The notes below the pieces were generated by a model that ran no database searches, was not told the DNA's origin, and saw only the letters and a list, made by a program, of their open reading frames with translations. The position numbers were made by a program, and so were the translations under genes. Shown piece after piece: positions 40,882 through 51,800 of a DNA stretch of 64,000 bases. Origin of the DNA: Meyerozyma guilliermondii (Eukaryota); the NCBI GenBank assembly GCA_051546255.1, contig CP128815.1, forward strand, positions 1,302,001 through 1,366,000. The letters run 5' to 3'. Positions within the stretch are counted from its first letter, which is position 1. Each line of letters begins with the position of its first letter.

Positions 40882-41465
40882 CTAGTATACAAATCCCAAG
40901 ATCTTTCCGGAAACGTGCTTTCTTCTAGCTTCTTCGTGGTCCATGATACCAGCAGATGTGGTCAAGATAACCAAACCGAATTGTCTAGCAGGCAACAAGT
41001 TGTCGGTCCATCTTTCAATGTCCCCGATTTTCACGTTGAATCTTGGCGAAATTACACCACACTTGTTCAATCTACCGGTGAGTTGAACAACGATCTTTCC
41101 AGATCTGTGGTCGTCAATGTATTCGAATTCACCAATGTAACCTGAAGTTAGTCAAAGACTCAAATAATTAAATTACGGTGATGTTTGGTACCCACCTGTG
41201 AGTAAAGCATGAAAGCCTGCCTCGAATAGATGGGTTCCAGTTTGATTTTCCGAACACTTAAAAGACAGAAAGGGACTGAACACCGATCAATCCATCCAGT
41301 TATCAGTTCGGTCACCTCTAAAAATTACTTACCGTGCTTTTGCATAACACTCAAAAACTTGATAATCACCTTGGACGAAGGACGAATCAACACCTGGCGC
41401 TTACCAGTCTTTTCGGCGTTATTGATGGCATTCAAAGCGTCTGCTAAAACGGATGTTCTGGTCAT
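40882..41465 (-). CDS. RPS22: 40S ribosomal protein uS8/S22, exons 41465-41333 and 41141-40882 (130 aa)
   Basis: Spliced product [19 protein letters not shown]...KH-G-YIGEFE...GKILGFVY; intron 41332-41142 has GTAAGT...GACTAAC TTCAG. Confidence 0.95.
41179..41313 (-). ncRNA. snR44: Intronic box H/ACA snoRNA, snR44-like
   Basis: Hairpin 1 CCGAAC...GTTCGG with GGATTGA/TCAGTCC; H box AAATCA; hairpin 2 ACCCATCT/AGGTGGGT; ACA 3 nt from the end. S. cerevisiae snR44 lies in the equivalent RPS22B intron. Confidence 0.8.
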
Positions 41466-41476
41466 TTTCTATAATT

Positions 41477-41664
41477 CTGTCTGTTAGTATCGGCACATGA
41501 GTGTCCAAGCATAAAGCTGGGATTCATGAGCCTCATCTGCCACAAGGTATTAGCCACTCCGAGATGCTCCCATTCCGACCATTTCTTTACAAAATCATCC
41601 GAATAACAACACCGAAGGAAACCAATTCTTATGGCATGCACTTTCAACTAGCGGGTCTACTTAC
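41477..41664 (-). other. 5'UTR intron of RPS22
   Basis: GTAAGT at 41664; TACTAAC at 41489-41483; candidate acceptors end at 41481, 41477 or 41469. Confidence 0.75.
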
Positions 41665-41791
41665 TAGTTATTAGAGTGGATAATAGGAACAAGTGAGAAA
41701 AAATTTTCAATCAAAATTTCGGTGAGCCTTGCGCGTATGCAGGGAACTACACTCACTTATGTACCGGAAGACTAGCTACACTCTTCATGCA

Positions 41792-44700
41792 ATGGTTACA
41801 CCAGATCCGCCCCATATTTCGGGGGATCGATGGTCTGGGCAGGAATTGTCGGTACTGCTCTTTCAGGAAGTGAAACCAATTTGCGTGGAATTGTCTCTGA
41901 AGGCTGTGCTTCCACGTGGAGAACTCAAATTGAACTCGCCACAGATCTCCAGGTTATTAAAGCAACTTGTGGCGACACTTAAAGACCATTATTACCTTCA
42001 TAATGAAAAAACCTTGTATATACTTACTCCCAAGATTGCCGACTACGTCTTTTTTCCCATTTCATGCTTATTGAAGAGCCCAGATGTTCTCGATGAGTCG
42101 ATCACCACCTCCATTTTACAAGCTATTCGGTTCCTAATTGACCACTGCTGGGCCACTGGTGATATGGATATAATGGCTGATCAAATGCTTCCTTTGGTTT
42201 TGTTTCTCGTACAAGGTAACAAGCTTGACACCGGCTCATTTGAATCACAAAAAACTGTAATAGATTGCATTTCCTCGTTAATGAGACATTCCCTGATGGA
42301 ATACTTCAGCGAGAATCCTAGACGCCTACTGTGGCTCGGTGCGTGTATTACGCTCAACCTCGATATCATGGAATCCGTTGGAAAGGTAAAAGGACATGAT
42401 GAAACCGCACTAGTTAATGAGATCCTTGTTAGCCTTCGATACCTCTTATCGAGAAATATGAGTGGTGCTCAAACATCTGAGGTGTTCCCAGGAGTATCAT
42501 CTCGCGTGATAAAATTCGCAACCTCTACTTCTGGTCTACATGTTGATGTCTATATTAACATCCTCAAGCTACTTCAGGCAATAATTATTTCTGTGCTAAA
42601 TGACGAAGCGCTAGGGGCTACGCTTGTCAACGAAAACGACACCAACATAGAGTCGATCAAGTTGACATTAGATGCCCTGGAAACCAACAATGTTCCTATC
42701 ACCTTCACAAATGAGTCAAAATTACCCAAAGGATGGCACAAAGCAACGTCTGAGCAATTGCTTCTTTTGCTCACTGTCTTCTTCAAAGATTTACTCAAAA
42801 ATCCCAACAAAAGCAAGATGATATACACTCATATTGCCTTTTCCGATACCTTGCATACATTCTTTGTTTCAATTATGGAGAACTGTTTTCTTTCTTTGTT
42901 TGAAGGATGTGTTCCACTCTTCTTGGACTCGATTGTCTTATTAATATCGCATGGCCCGACAAATGGGCGAACCTTAAAGATTAAGCTGGTGGTGAACGAG
43001 ATAGTTCATGGTGTAACTATGTCTGACCATAACAAAATCCAGCTTTTCCATGACTTGGTGCAAAAAAAGTTGGAAGATTTGGTGCTAAACAAGATGCCTA
43101 CTGTGCTTTTGTCTACTGATGAATCACGTATCTTGGATTATTTGTGCTCTGTCGAAGTACATTTTCAGCTTCTTGTTTCACTTCTGCATGATATACATTC
43201 CAATAATCACAGCGAGTTTGGAGCCAAAATCTTGCTCAACTTGAGAGATAATCTCTGCAAATCATACTCCTTCAGCCGAATCCAAAACCAGTCGTCAACT
43301 TCTTACAAGTCTTCATCCTTGAGTAGTGTTTCTGAACACACTCTAGACGGCATTGACCTTGGTCCTAACATCAATACGAAAAGCATCGTCACCAACAACA
43401 AAGCATCGAAAACTGAAGAGTTTAAACCCTCACAGAAAATGCTTTCCTTGTCACACAATTGGCTGCATTACCAGAATACCATCGTGACTAACGAGGCTGC
43501 AAGTACTCAACTATTTCTGGGGGTTTTTACGATTGATGTTGAGAGCCAAATAGCACTTCTTGTTCAATCAGTTGTGAGCAGTAATGCTTGGACACTGACT
43601 GAGCTCATTCAACTTACAGAAACATTACTATCACAATCTCATCATGGCTCAAATCGAACGACCACCTACCAGAGGCTAGCTGATGGCATTTCATTATGGA
43701 TTGCAAAGCTAATACTACAGGTGCAGCAAACAAAAACTGATGTTCAGCTTGACGATTTTCTTGACTTAGAAGATGCTGATTTAGATACAAGTAGCAATGA
43801 GCTCTTGTATTTGATCATGTCCAATTCTCAAGACGTTATTGAATCTGCCTCGCGTGAAATTGAAAGTCCAGAAGAATTATCACCAGAAAGCCGGCAATTG
43901 GTCAATGTCACTGAAAAAAGTGTTGCTGTAGCTATGGATACAGTTGCGGAGTTGAGTGCTCACTTCACTGTTGCGGAGTTTCAAGAAATGTTCCTCATGG
44001 ACAATCTTTACACACTTTTTGAGGGTGTAGCATCACAATCAGAGATTGTTCGCTCCAGTTCACTTTATGCCTTGAGTGAGATCGTCAGGAATTATTACCA
44101 TGGCTCGATTGAGAATCTTGTTAAGGATAACCTGGATTATATTGTGGACTCGTTGAGCTTGAGGCTATCTCTGGCAAACACTTTCACATTGACCATGCCA
44201 TCGATTCTATTGATAATCATCAAAGTGACTGGAAAACAACTTTTGCTTCAAAATCAGCTCTCTGATATCTTGACGCAAATGTTCATTATTATTGACTCGT
44301 ACCATGGCTATTCTGCCTTGGTTGAATGTTTCTTCATCATCTTTGATGAGTTGATCTCTCAGGTGGCTGTTGATTATATCAACGCTAATGTTCTCGAAGA
44401 CACCTCGGAATCTCAATTTGCACCTTGGGGAATGCTGCTGGTAGACGAACTATTGAATTTATTGGCCGATTCTGGACGTGTGGTGGACCCTTTTGCCAAG
44501 TATGATTCAGAACGAGAATACTTTAAACGAAAAGAAGGTGTCCCGTTCGCTGAACAGCTAGAGGATTCAGACGACGAAGAAGAATCTGAACCAGAAACCA
44601 ACAATGAAGAAGAAACCTACTCGTCTCCAATTCCGAAGACTATCTACTTCACCTTACAAAAGATCTATGTTTACGGCTTTAGATTATTGACCAGCCCATC

Positions 44701-45190
44701 CGTGGCTTTGAAACGTCAGATCTTGGCAACTTTGCGTACGACTTATCCACTCCTTGCTACAGAATATTCATTGGTGATGCCTCTTGTTGCCGAACAATGG
44801 CCTACATTAATATCTGTTGCCAGTGGACAGTTTGAAGAAAGCAGTGTTCACAATAGCACACTAACAACATCAGCGTTAGAGTTGGCCATCACCATGGTAT
44901 GTGAAGATAAGAAGCATAGTGAACGTTTTTTGGGATCGCGGTTCATTGAACTGTGGACTTACTTGAAGAAGGTGGTCTTGTTTAACGCAAGTGACCGGCA
45001 TTTATTCACTCCTGCGATACGTAAATTGGTTGTGAAGTATCTATTAGAAGGTTTGATTACCTATGGGAAAACCGTTCCTGATTCTGTCTCATATACCATG
45101 CTTGAAGCGTGCGTCAGATTAGGCTTGCCTGAGGACCAAGTTCTCACCAGGGATATGAAGAATATTTTGTGGGCTATCAATTATCAATAA
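41792..45190 (+). CDS. TTI1: TEL2-interacting HEAT-repeat protein Tti1
   Basis: FQEVKPICVELS, ADYVFFPI, FPGVSS and NLDYIVDSLSLRL; start codon uncertain (41759 or 41792). Confidence 0.85.
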   Translation: MVTPDPPHISGDRWSGQELSVLLFQEVKPICVELSLKAVLPRGELKLNSPQISRLLKQLVATLKDHYYLHNEKTLYILTPKIADYVFFPISCLLKSPDVLDESITTSILQAIRFLIDHCWATGDMDIMADQMLPLVLFLVQGNKLDTGSFESQKTVIDCISSLMRHSLMEYFSENPRRLLWLGACITLNLDIMESVGKVKGHDETALVNEILVSLRYLLSRNMSGAQTSEVFPGVSSRVIKFATSTSGLHVDVYINILKLLQAIIISVLNDEALGATLVNENDTNIESIKLTLDALETNNVPITFTNESKLPKGWHKATSEQLLLLLTVFFKDLLKNPNKSKMIYTHIAFSDTLHTFFVSIMENCFLSLFEGCVPLFLDSIVLLISHGPTNGRTLKIKLVVNEIVHGVTMSDHNKIQLFHDLVQKKLEDLVLNKMPTVLLSTDESRILDYLCSVEVHFQLLVSLLHDIHSNNHSEFGAKILLNLRDNLCKSYSFSRIQNQSSTSYKSSSLSSVSEHTLDGIDLGPNINTKSIVTNNKASKTEEFKPSQKMLSLSHNWLHYQNTIVTNEAASTQLFLGVFTIDVESQIALLVQSVVSSNAWTLTELIQLTETLLSQSHHGSNRTTTYQRLADGISLWIAKLILQVQQTKTDVQLDDFLDLEDADLDTSSNELLYLIMSNSQDVIESASREIESPEELSPESRQLVNVTEKSVAVAMDTVAELSAHFTVAEFQEMFLMDNLYTLFEGVASQSEIVRSSSLYALSEIVRNYYHGSIENLVKDNLDYIVDSLSLRLSLANTFTLTMPSILLIIIKVTGKQLLLQNQLSDILTQMFIIIDSYHGYSALVECFFIIFDELISQVAVDYINANVLEDTSESQFAPWGMLLVDELLNLLADSGRVVDPFAKYDSEREYFKRKEGVPFAEQLEDSDDEEESEPETNNEEETYSSPIPKTIYFTLQKIYVYGFRLLTSPSVALKRQILATLRTTYPLLATEYSLVMPLVAEQWPTLISVASGQFEESSVHNSTLTTSALELAITMVCEDKKHSERFLGSRFIELWTYLKKVVLFNASDRHLFTPAIRKLVVKYLLEGLITYGKTVPDSVSYTMLEACVRLGLPEDQVLTRDMKNILWAINYQ

Positions 45191-45198
45191 ACAGCATT

Positions 45199-45927
45199 TT
45201 ATTCATTGTCGTCTGCCATGAGATTTTGTATAACTGCCTTCTTGACAGGCGCTGGGTTTGGGGCACCAAACGACAAAGTCTGTTGGCCCTTCGGCAACGT
45301 TGGCACTGGAGTATTGTTGTCTTGTTCTTTCGTAGAGTCATCGGCAAAAATATCTGGTTGATCTGTATTTACATTGATTTTCTGTTGCTGTATGAGTTCT
45401 CCAATAGGTTGGGATTTAGGTACTGTGTCGCTTAAGAAATGAAGTGCCTCTTGCATTGACACTGCTGAACTGAAGTCCTTGTATTGCAACTTTTTCCTCT
45501 TCTCCATTCGTGCGCTTACAGAAGCCTGCTCCACCAAATATTGCACAAAGAGTTCTGTGGCCAAGCCAGTGGCATAGAGAGCACCAGATGAGGCAGATAC
45601 GTAGTCTGGATCCATCTTAAATATCTTCTTGATCTTGGAAATAGGAAGTGAAAGTGTTGATTCGGAGTCTTCTGGTTCATCTTCCTCCATTGCTTCGCTT
45701 TGGTCTTGTCCGTTTATACTTTTGTCTTTGTTTTCTTGGCCATTGATAGCTTCAGATTCATTGGGGTCTACTTCCATAGGTTCAGGTTCTTCATTTGAAA
45801 CTTCGTTTTCTGGTCTATTTTCGGCGCTTAAAAAGTCATCAGGATTGGGTGTGGCAGTAGCTGACATCACAGGTGGCGTCGTATTCGGAGTCTCGTGCAA
45901 CTCTGGCTGTGAACTGGGAGCACTCAT
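45199..45927 (-). CDS. DPB3: Histone-fold DNA polymerase epsilon subunit C
   Basis: LPISKIKKIFKMDPD, ATELFVQYL and KKLQYKDF...FLSDTVP. Confidence 0.85.
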   Translation of the reverse strand: MSAPSSQPELHETPNTTPPVMSATATPNPDDFLSAENRPENEVSNEEPEPMEVDPNESEAINGQENKDKSINGQDQSEAMEEDEPEDSESTLSLPISKIKKIFKMDPDYVSASSGALYATGLATELFVQYLVEQASVSARMEKRKKLQYKDFSSAVSMQEALHFLSDTVPKSQPIGELIQQQKINVNTDQPDIFADDSTKEQDNNTPVPTLPKGQQTLSFGAPNPAPVKKAVIQNLMADDNE

Positions 45928-46076
45928 GAAGATGATAGTTGAAATACGCGTAGAAGTGAGGTGTGCGGATGCAGCGACGAAGAAGAGAACAGTCCAGGTG
46001 AATGAGCAGTCTAGATTCATAACTATAAGAAAAAGCTTAAGTCTTTTGTGCGTTAACTATGTACAGAGAGCATTCT

Positions 46077-46577
46077 CTAAAGCTTTTCCGAGGTTGGTTC
46101 TTCGTCATTAGCGGTTTTCTTGATATCTGGGTTTTCGAAAACTTCACGATAATCGTTCTTTTCTACATCTTGGAAGTCGTAGTTTTCTCCATGCTCCACA
46201 AAATTGACAATATTTTGCCATGCCAACTCTCCACTCTTGGGTCCGTCACTGTAACCTACCCATTGCTGCAAGAGCTGTGGAGTATTAGGCGACACCAATG
46301 GACGTAATTCCGAGGTTTGCAAATCTGGGGGCACAACGTATGTTCGTACCTTTGACCAGTTCATGATATAGGTTCCATTTTTGTTGAGTTTACCATATCC
46401 ACTGGATCTGGTACCTTTGTAATAATGCTTGTTACCTTGTTTTGTGGTTAATGGATGACGTTTTGATCCACTTTTGGTGAATCCGTACCAGATTTGTCCA
46501 TCCTTGAACGTCTGCCAAGGTCTTCTCAAGTTGGTCGACGCTGTGGAATGGAAAGACCGCACGAATGTTGGGTTCAT
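46077..46577 (-). CDS. MRPL27: Mitochondrial ribosomal protein mL41
   Basis: LTTKQGNKHYYKGTRSSGYG and KVRTYVVP. Confidence 0.92.
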   Translation of the reverse strand: MNPTFVRSFHSTASTNLRRPWQTFKDGQIWYGFTKSGSKRHPLTTKQGNKHYYKGTRSSGYGKLNKNGTYIMNWSKVRTYVVPPDLQTSELRPLVSPNTPQLLQQWVGYSDGPKSGELAWQNIVNFVEHGENYDFQDVEKNDYREVFENPDIKKTANDEEPTSEKL

Positions 46578-46636
46578 TGTGTTCTAGTTCTTCCTGGTCA
46601 ACCTTGAGAATATGAAAAATTTGATGATGTAATTCT

Positions 46637-46695
46637 CGCTTATGTAACCAAACCACGCCAAGGAAGACCTAATCTCATTGCCGCTTATGTAACCA
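46637..46695. repeat. Perfect 14-bp direct repeat CGCTTATGTAACCA (46637-46650 and 46682-46695)
   Basis: Read directly from the sequence; contains a bZIP-type TTATGTAA core. Confidence 0.8.
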
Positions 46696-47049
46696 GCTCT
46701 ACTTATCCAGCAGCAATTACCCGTGGGTTGGAAACGGACAATGGGCATTCCCGAGACCCCAGCTGACACAGGCTACTTCGAACCTCAAACGGGGTATGTG
46801 AACGTTCATTTTAAGACACACACTTACTCTGACAAACCAACTCCATTATCAGCGAAACAAGGCAGAGCTCTGGAGTTTATCAGTTCCCATACAGATAGAG
46901 AACATCAGAAAAAATACGGAAAGCACATATTTACGTTTTTGACAAACTTTATATGCAAGTAGGTGTCAGATAGATAGTGGTAGATGCTAATTGATAGAAG
47001 TCTATCCTCTCAACTTAAATTGATAGAAAGTGTAGTCTGTATGGATAAA

Positions 47050-48135
47050 CTATAATTTGGAATTGTTTATCCGGGTTGCAAGTAATTGCACCACCTTGTG
47101 GCTGAATCCGTAGCTACCTTGGTAACCGCCAGCTCCAGCTCCATAGCTATGAATTAACCATTCGTGCTCTGAGTCCTGCTCGATTCGAATTCCGTCCTCA
47201 CGAAATGGCCGTAATCCAACAGCCACTCGCACTATATCTATGTGTCCTGGATTGTTTTTGTAGCTTGTGTCAGTAAGTTGCGGTACTAACCTTGTGGCTC
47301 GCTGAATTAAACGCTTCGTTAATTCTTTATCCTCTACCACAGGACCAGGCCCAATATTTTTCCGAAAGCAGCCTCCTATTATTGAGCCACCTTCTTTCCG
47401 AGGAAAAAGGTATGGAATTTCATCAGGGTAATCGGGATCAGAAAGCTCGAATATTTCTATGTTTTCCAAGCTATTACGTGTGAGTAATACTTGGCCCAAT
47501 ACTGGGTACAGTTTGCTGGGATCTTTAAAACCTCCCAAGCGTGAAACTAATATCCCAGCACAGTTGATGACGGTGTGTGCATCCTGACCACTGCTGTGTA
47601 ACTTTCTGGCCTCCTGAACCGATTTCAATTCTTTGGTTCTCCTTATAACTATGCCTTCCCTCAAGCACTGTCCAACGAGATATTGCAAATAAATTGGAAC
47701 AGAAATGACTAATCCGCCATACGAGTAGCCCCAGACGGCACCTTCTGGTAGCTCAGAGGCATCCAATTCTCGGTAATTATTCACCACTGATTTGAACCAA
47801 GGACGTAGTTTCAGTATGTCTGAGTCATTTTCTTTGAGTTTGGTTTCGTCAAAGTAGATGAAATTTTCTTTGCGCCAGATTCCCGCAGCTGGTTCATCAC
47901 AGAGCTCAATCAACCTATGATACCCAACTGCGTCCATTTCTTGGAGGGCTTTGTCTTCATTACTTGCAAAGGATTCCCAATTTGCACCAGCAAAAGGAGA
48001 GGTATATTCCGTAGTCAAATCACCAGGAAGATTCTTAGCTACTATTGTAACCGATACACCGGGGAACGCTCTCTTGATTTCCAAAGCATTGGTTAACCCA
48101 ACAACCCCAGCTCCTATCACTACTATATTGTGCAT
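47050..48135 (-). CDS. Peroxisomal D-amino-acid/D-aspartate oxidase
   Basis: GAGVVG FAD motif, TSPFAGANW, GLRP, HSYGAGAGGYQ and C-terminal SKL. Confidence 0.9.
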   Translation of the reverse strand: MHNIVVIGAGVVGLTNALEIKRAFPGVSVTIVAKNLPGDLTTEYTSPFAGANWESFASNEDKALQEMDAVGYHRLIELCDEPAAGIWRKENFIYFDETKLKENDSDILKLRPWFKSVVNNYRELDASELPEGAVWGYSYGGLVISVPIYLQYLVGQCLREGIVIRRTKELKSVQEARKLHSSGQDAHTVINCAGILVSRLGGFKDPSKLYPVLGQVLLTRNSLENIEIFELSDPDYPDEIPYLFPRKEGGSIIGGCFRKNIGPGPVVEDKELTKRLIQRATRLVPQLTDTSYKNNPGHIDIVRVAVGLRPFREDGIRIEQDSEHEWLIHSYGAGAGGYQGSYGFSHKVVQLLATRINNSKL

Positions 48136-48525
48136 TTATGAGATCAATTAGACGCTGCGGAAATTCCTATTTTGGACGAGGTTGCGTCGTGCGAAATCCG
48201 CCCTTTGACACATAATGCACATAGCCGAATCATGGCAATGCAAAATGAGTTATCGATAGCCGAGATCATAGATCAGATCCTCGGGTATTCGAATTGAGAC
48301 TTGATTGCAAATTGAATCAAATTTGCATCAACTTTTATTTCTACAATCTCGCCTTTCTTGACCTATAGGATTGTCCAACGATCTCAACATCAACTAGTTC
48401 CATCTAAAACGCTTCGAACCACGTGAAACAACCTAGATCGTGCATGCGTCTGCGATGAAAGCCCATCTGGTTGACTGCCCCATTGGGAGAATCATGTATG
48501 GGTGTACGGGTGCAAAACCGATGAA

Positions 48526-48680
48526 GGCTGGCTGCTGCACCGTTTGGCTGCAAAATGATGAAACAATACAGGTCTTGACGAGATGACCATATAACGGCCA
48601 GCTATTGTGGTTCAATGGTGCCTTGCTGGTATGCATTATTGTGCCGATTGTTGAGCCAAGATACTGCTTCCATGTGCTGG
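48526..48680. promoter_or_regulatory. Cluster of Ace2/Swi5-type CCAGC sites upstream of ENG1
   Basis: GGCTGG 48526, GCCAGC 48597, TGCTGGT 48624 and TGCTGG 48675; TATA ~48715. Confidence 0.55.
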
Positions 48681-48813
48681 ATATTCCGGTATGGTCGTAT
48701 TTTTTATGCTTTCTTATATATAGTCAGTAGAGTGCTTCAAATCAGCATTCCAACTTTTAACTTTCTTTAAACCTTATTAGTGTTTCATTCTTGTATCACT
48801 CTTTTAGACAAGT

Positions 48814-51800
48814 ATGAAAGGTTTGGGGTTCACGGCATTGGCCGCTTCCATATTTTTAACCGGTGCTACAGCCGAAGAAACGTTCACTGTTACCCATACA
48901 AAATATATCACCCCAGCTTGTTTCGAGCAGCAATTTAGAACTGCACTCGATGGTAATCCTGAGTCACTAACCACTGGAATTCCTGTTGTTTTCCGTTATG
49001 CAAATGAAGGAGAAGATGATCAACCTGAGAAATTCGTCTCTACCGAGTACCTTACCCACACCAAATGTTCTCAAAAGATATGCTTTACAAGCATGGAAAC
49101 CAAGCAGTATACAAAGACAGTGTCTCCCACTGCAAAGGCGCAATCTGAGCAGGTCGATACCGCAAAGACCACTGGAAATACTATTACTGAAAAGTCCATT
49201 ATTCAAGCAGCTTCTACGGCTACTGCCAATTCAAAAGCCAAATCCAAAGGAAGATCCATACTCTATGTGTACGACACTGCAACCAACAACAATGATGTTG
49301 ACGAGACCGTGACTGGAGCCGTCAGAACCACTACCAAGACGATTTTCAAGGCCACAGAAACTCCGGAAGTGATTTATAAACCCTCCACTTCGATAGAGAC
49401 AATTACCCAAACTATGAGAGATCCACTTGTGACTGCGTCCTCAAAGTCCAAGGAGTTGACCCGCACAATTGAAGAGAGCCTGATCACCGCTGGTGCTACT
49501 ATTTCTGCTGTTGCCAAAGTGCCGGCTGCTAACTTACTGTCGAACAGTACCAATGCTGTATTCAACAGCAGCCTTGCCAGCACGACCAGCACCATTGACT
49601 TGAGAATCTCGAGTACCTTATTGACGGTAGCGCCAACTAACAGGGCTGCGGCCGTCTCTTATGGTAACAGTTCGACGGCTTCTTCAAGTATTATACTGGC
49701 TTATTCAAATCTATTGAGCAGCGCAGTGTCGTCTGCTTCACTTGTTGCTAGCGCATCATCTTCTGGGTTGTCTTCTTCAGCGTTGTCTTCTTCAGGGTCA
49801 CCTTCGTCTGCTTCATCTGCTTCGTCGGCTTCGTCTAGTTCTGCAAGAAAAGTCAAGGCAGCTGCCAACGGTGCATACTCTGGTGATTTATTCAAGGCAA
49901 TTGCATCAGATGAGCCACCCTCGATCTTCCCAAGAAAGGAATTACCGTTATCGATTCCACAGGGTGTTTCGAATGATAATGTTCCATATGAAACAAATAA
50001 GTTCTTTGTCAATTTGTTCTTGGGTGAACAAACCGATATGATTTGGTCATATCCGTATGGTATGTACTGGAAGAAAACCGACTATTACGGCTTTGCAGTT
50101 CAACACACGAATAAAACCAATAGGGTTTTCGGTTCTTCGGATACCAACAACAAGGGAGTGGACTCTTACTACTTCAATCCGATCCTTGATGGTGAGTTGA
50201 TCTTTTCGGCTACATCTTTGACCAAAGACGCAAATAAGTTGACTGTGTCGAACATGAAGAGTATGTCTGCCTTGGTGCAATTGTCTGAAGACGGAGATGT
50301 GTCGTCTAATTACATTGACATACCTGTTGTCCAAGGCATGGGATTTGTTTCTGCGATCTACCATGGAGATTTTGTGGCTGAATTGAACTCTATGGTTGGA
50401 TTCGACCAAGTGACTCAAGAGACCTCCAGCAAGTTGAGCTCCAATGTGCTCAAGTATAGAGTGAAATTGTTCAATGGCATCGAATGGTTGGCATACGTTA
50501 CTCTTCCAAACGGCAGCACAAGTGACTTTAAATTGTCTGCCAAGTCGTCCTACTCGATCGAAGGATCCAAGGCTGTCGATGGACTTTTGTTGCAAATTGC
50601 AGTGGCTCCAACCTCTTCGAGTGATGAAAAATATTACGACCAGGCTGCTGGTCAATATGCTGTTTCTGCTAGCGTTGAGGGTCAAGTATCGCTGGGCAGC
50701 TCTGTGAGCTACTCTTTCAAATATGAGACTGAGGGAAGTTCTAGTTCTGGAAAAACCATAGTTTTCGCCTTGCCCCATCACTTAGACAGTCTTACCGGAG
50801 TCACCAAGCAGTCTTCTACGGGCATCCAACTCACTTCCACCACCAAGGGTGATATGACTGCTTTCTTGACTAACGAATTGAGCTTCAGCGAAACCTTGAC
50901 GTCTTCTCAAGTGCTGTTCCTTCCATGGACAAGTCAAATGACTTCGGCGCTTTCCTACACCAAAGATCAACTTCAATTGTTAGCAAAGACCGCCAACAGC
51001 GAGCTTTCGGTGGACATCAACAACGCGGTGAATTCTGTTGATTCCACCTACTCTTCAGGAAAGGTGTTGGACAAGTACGCATACATTCTTCTCGTGGTAA
51101 GTGATATCATTGGCGATGACGACGTTGCGAAAGATACTCTTGCTCAGCTCAAAGATGCTTTTGAAGTCTTCACCTCCAACAAGCAGTACTATCCTTTCAT
51201 GTACGACACCAAGTTTGGAGGAGTAACTTCAACCGCTGCTCAGAACGGTGATACTGGGGCAGATTTTGGTGCACCATACTACAATGATCATCACTTCCAT
51301 TATGGATATTATGTCCACGCAGCTGCCGTTGTTGGATATGTTGACAAGAAATACGGTGGAACATGGGCTGAAGACAACAAAGAATGGGTTAATTCGTTGG
51401 TAAGAGATGTTGCAAATCCATCAGAAGACGACAAATACTTCCCTGTTTCAAGAATGTTTGACTGGTTCGCAGGTCACTCGTGGGCATCGGGATTGTTTTC
51501 TTCGGGCGACGGTCGTAACGAAGAGTCTTCTTCTGAAGATTACAATTTTGCCTATGGTATGAAAATGTGGGGTAATGTCATTGGAGATGGTGCGATGGAG
51601 GCTCGTGGTGATTTGATGATCTCGATCATGAGCAAGGCCATGAACAAATACTTCTACTACACCGACGACAACACTGTGGAGCCCAAGGAAATCATTGCCA
51701 ATAAGGTTTCTGGAATCTTTTTCGACAACAAGGTTGCTTATACAACCTACTTTGGATCACCTTCCGACCACCCAGAATACGTTCATGGAATCCACATGCT

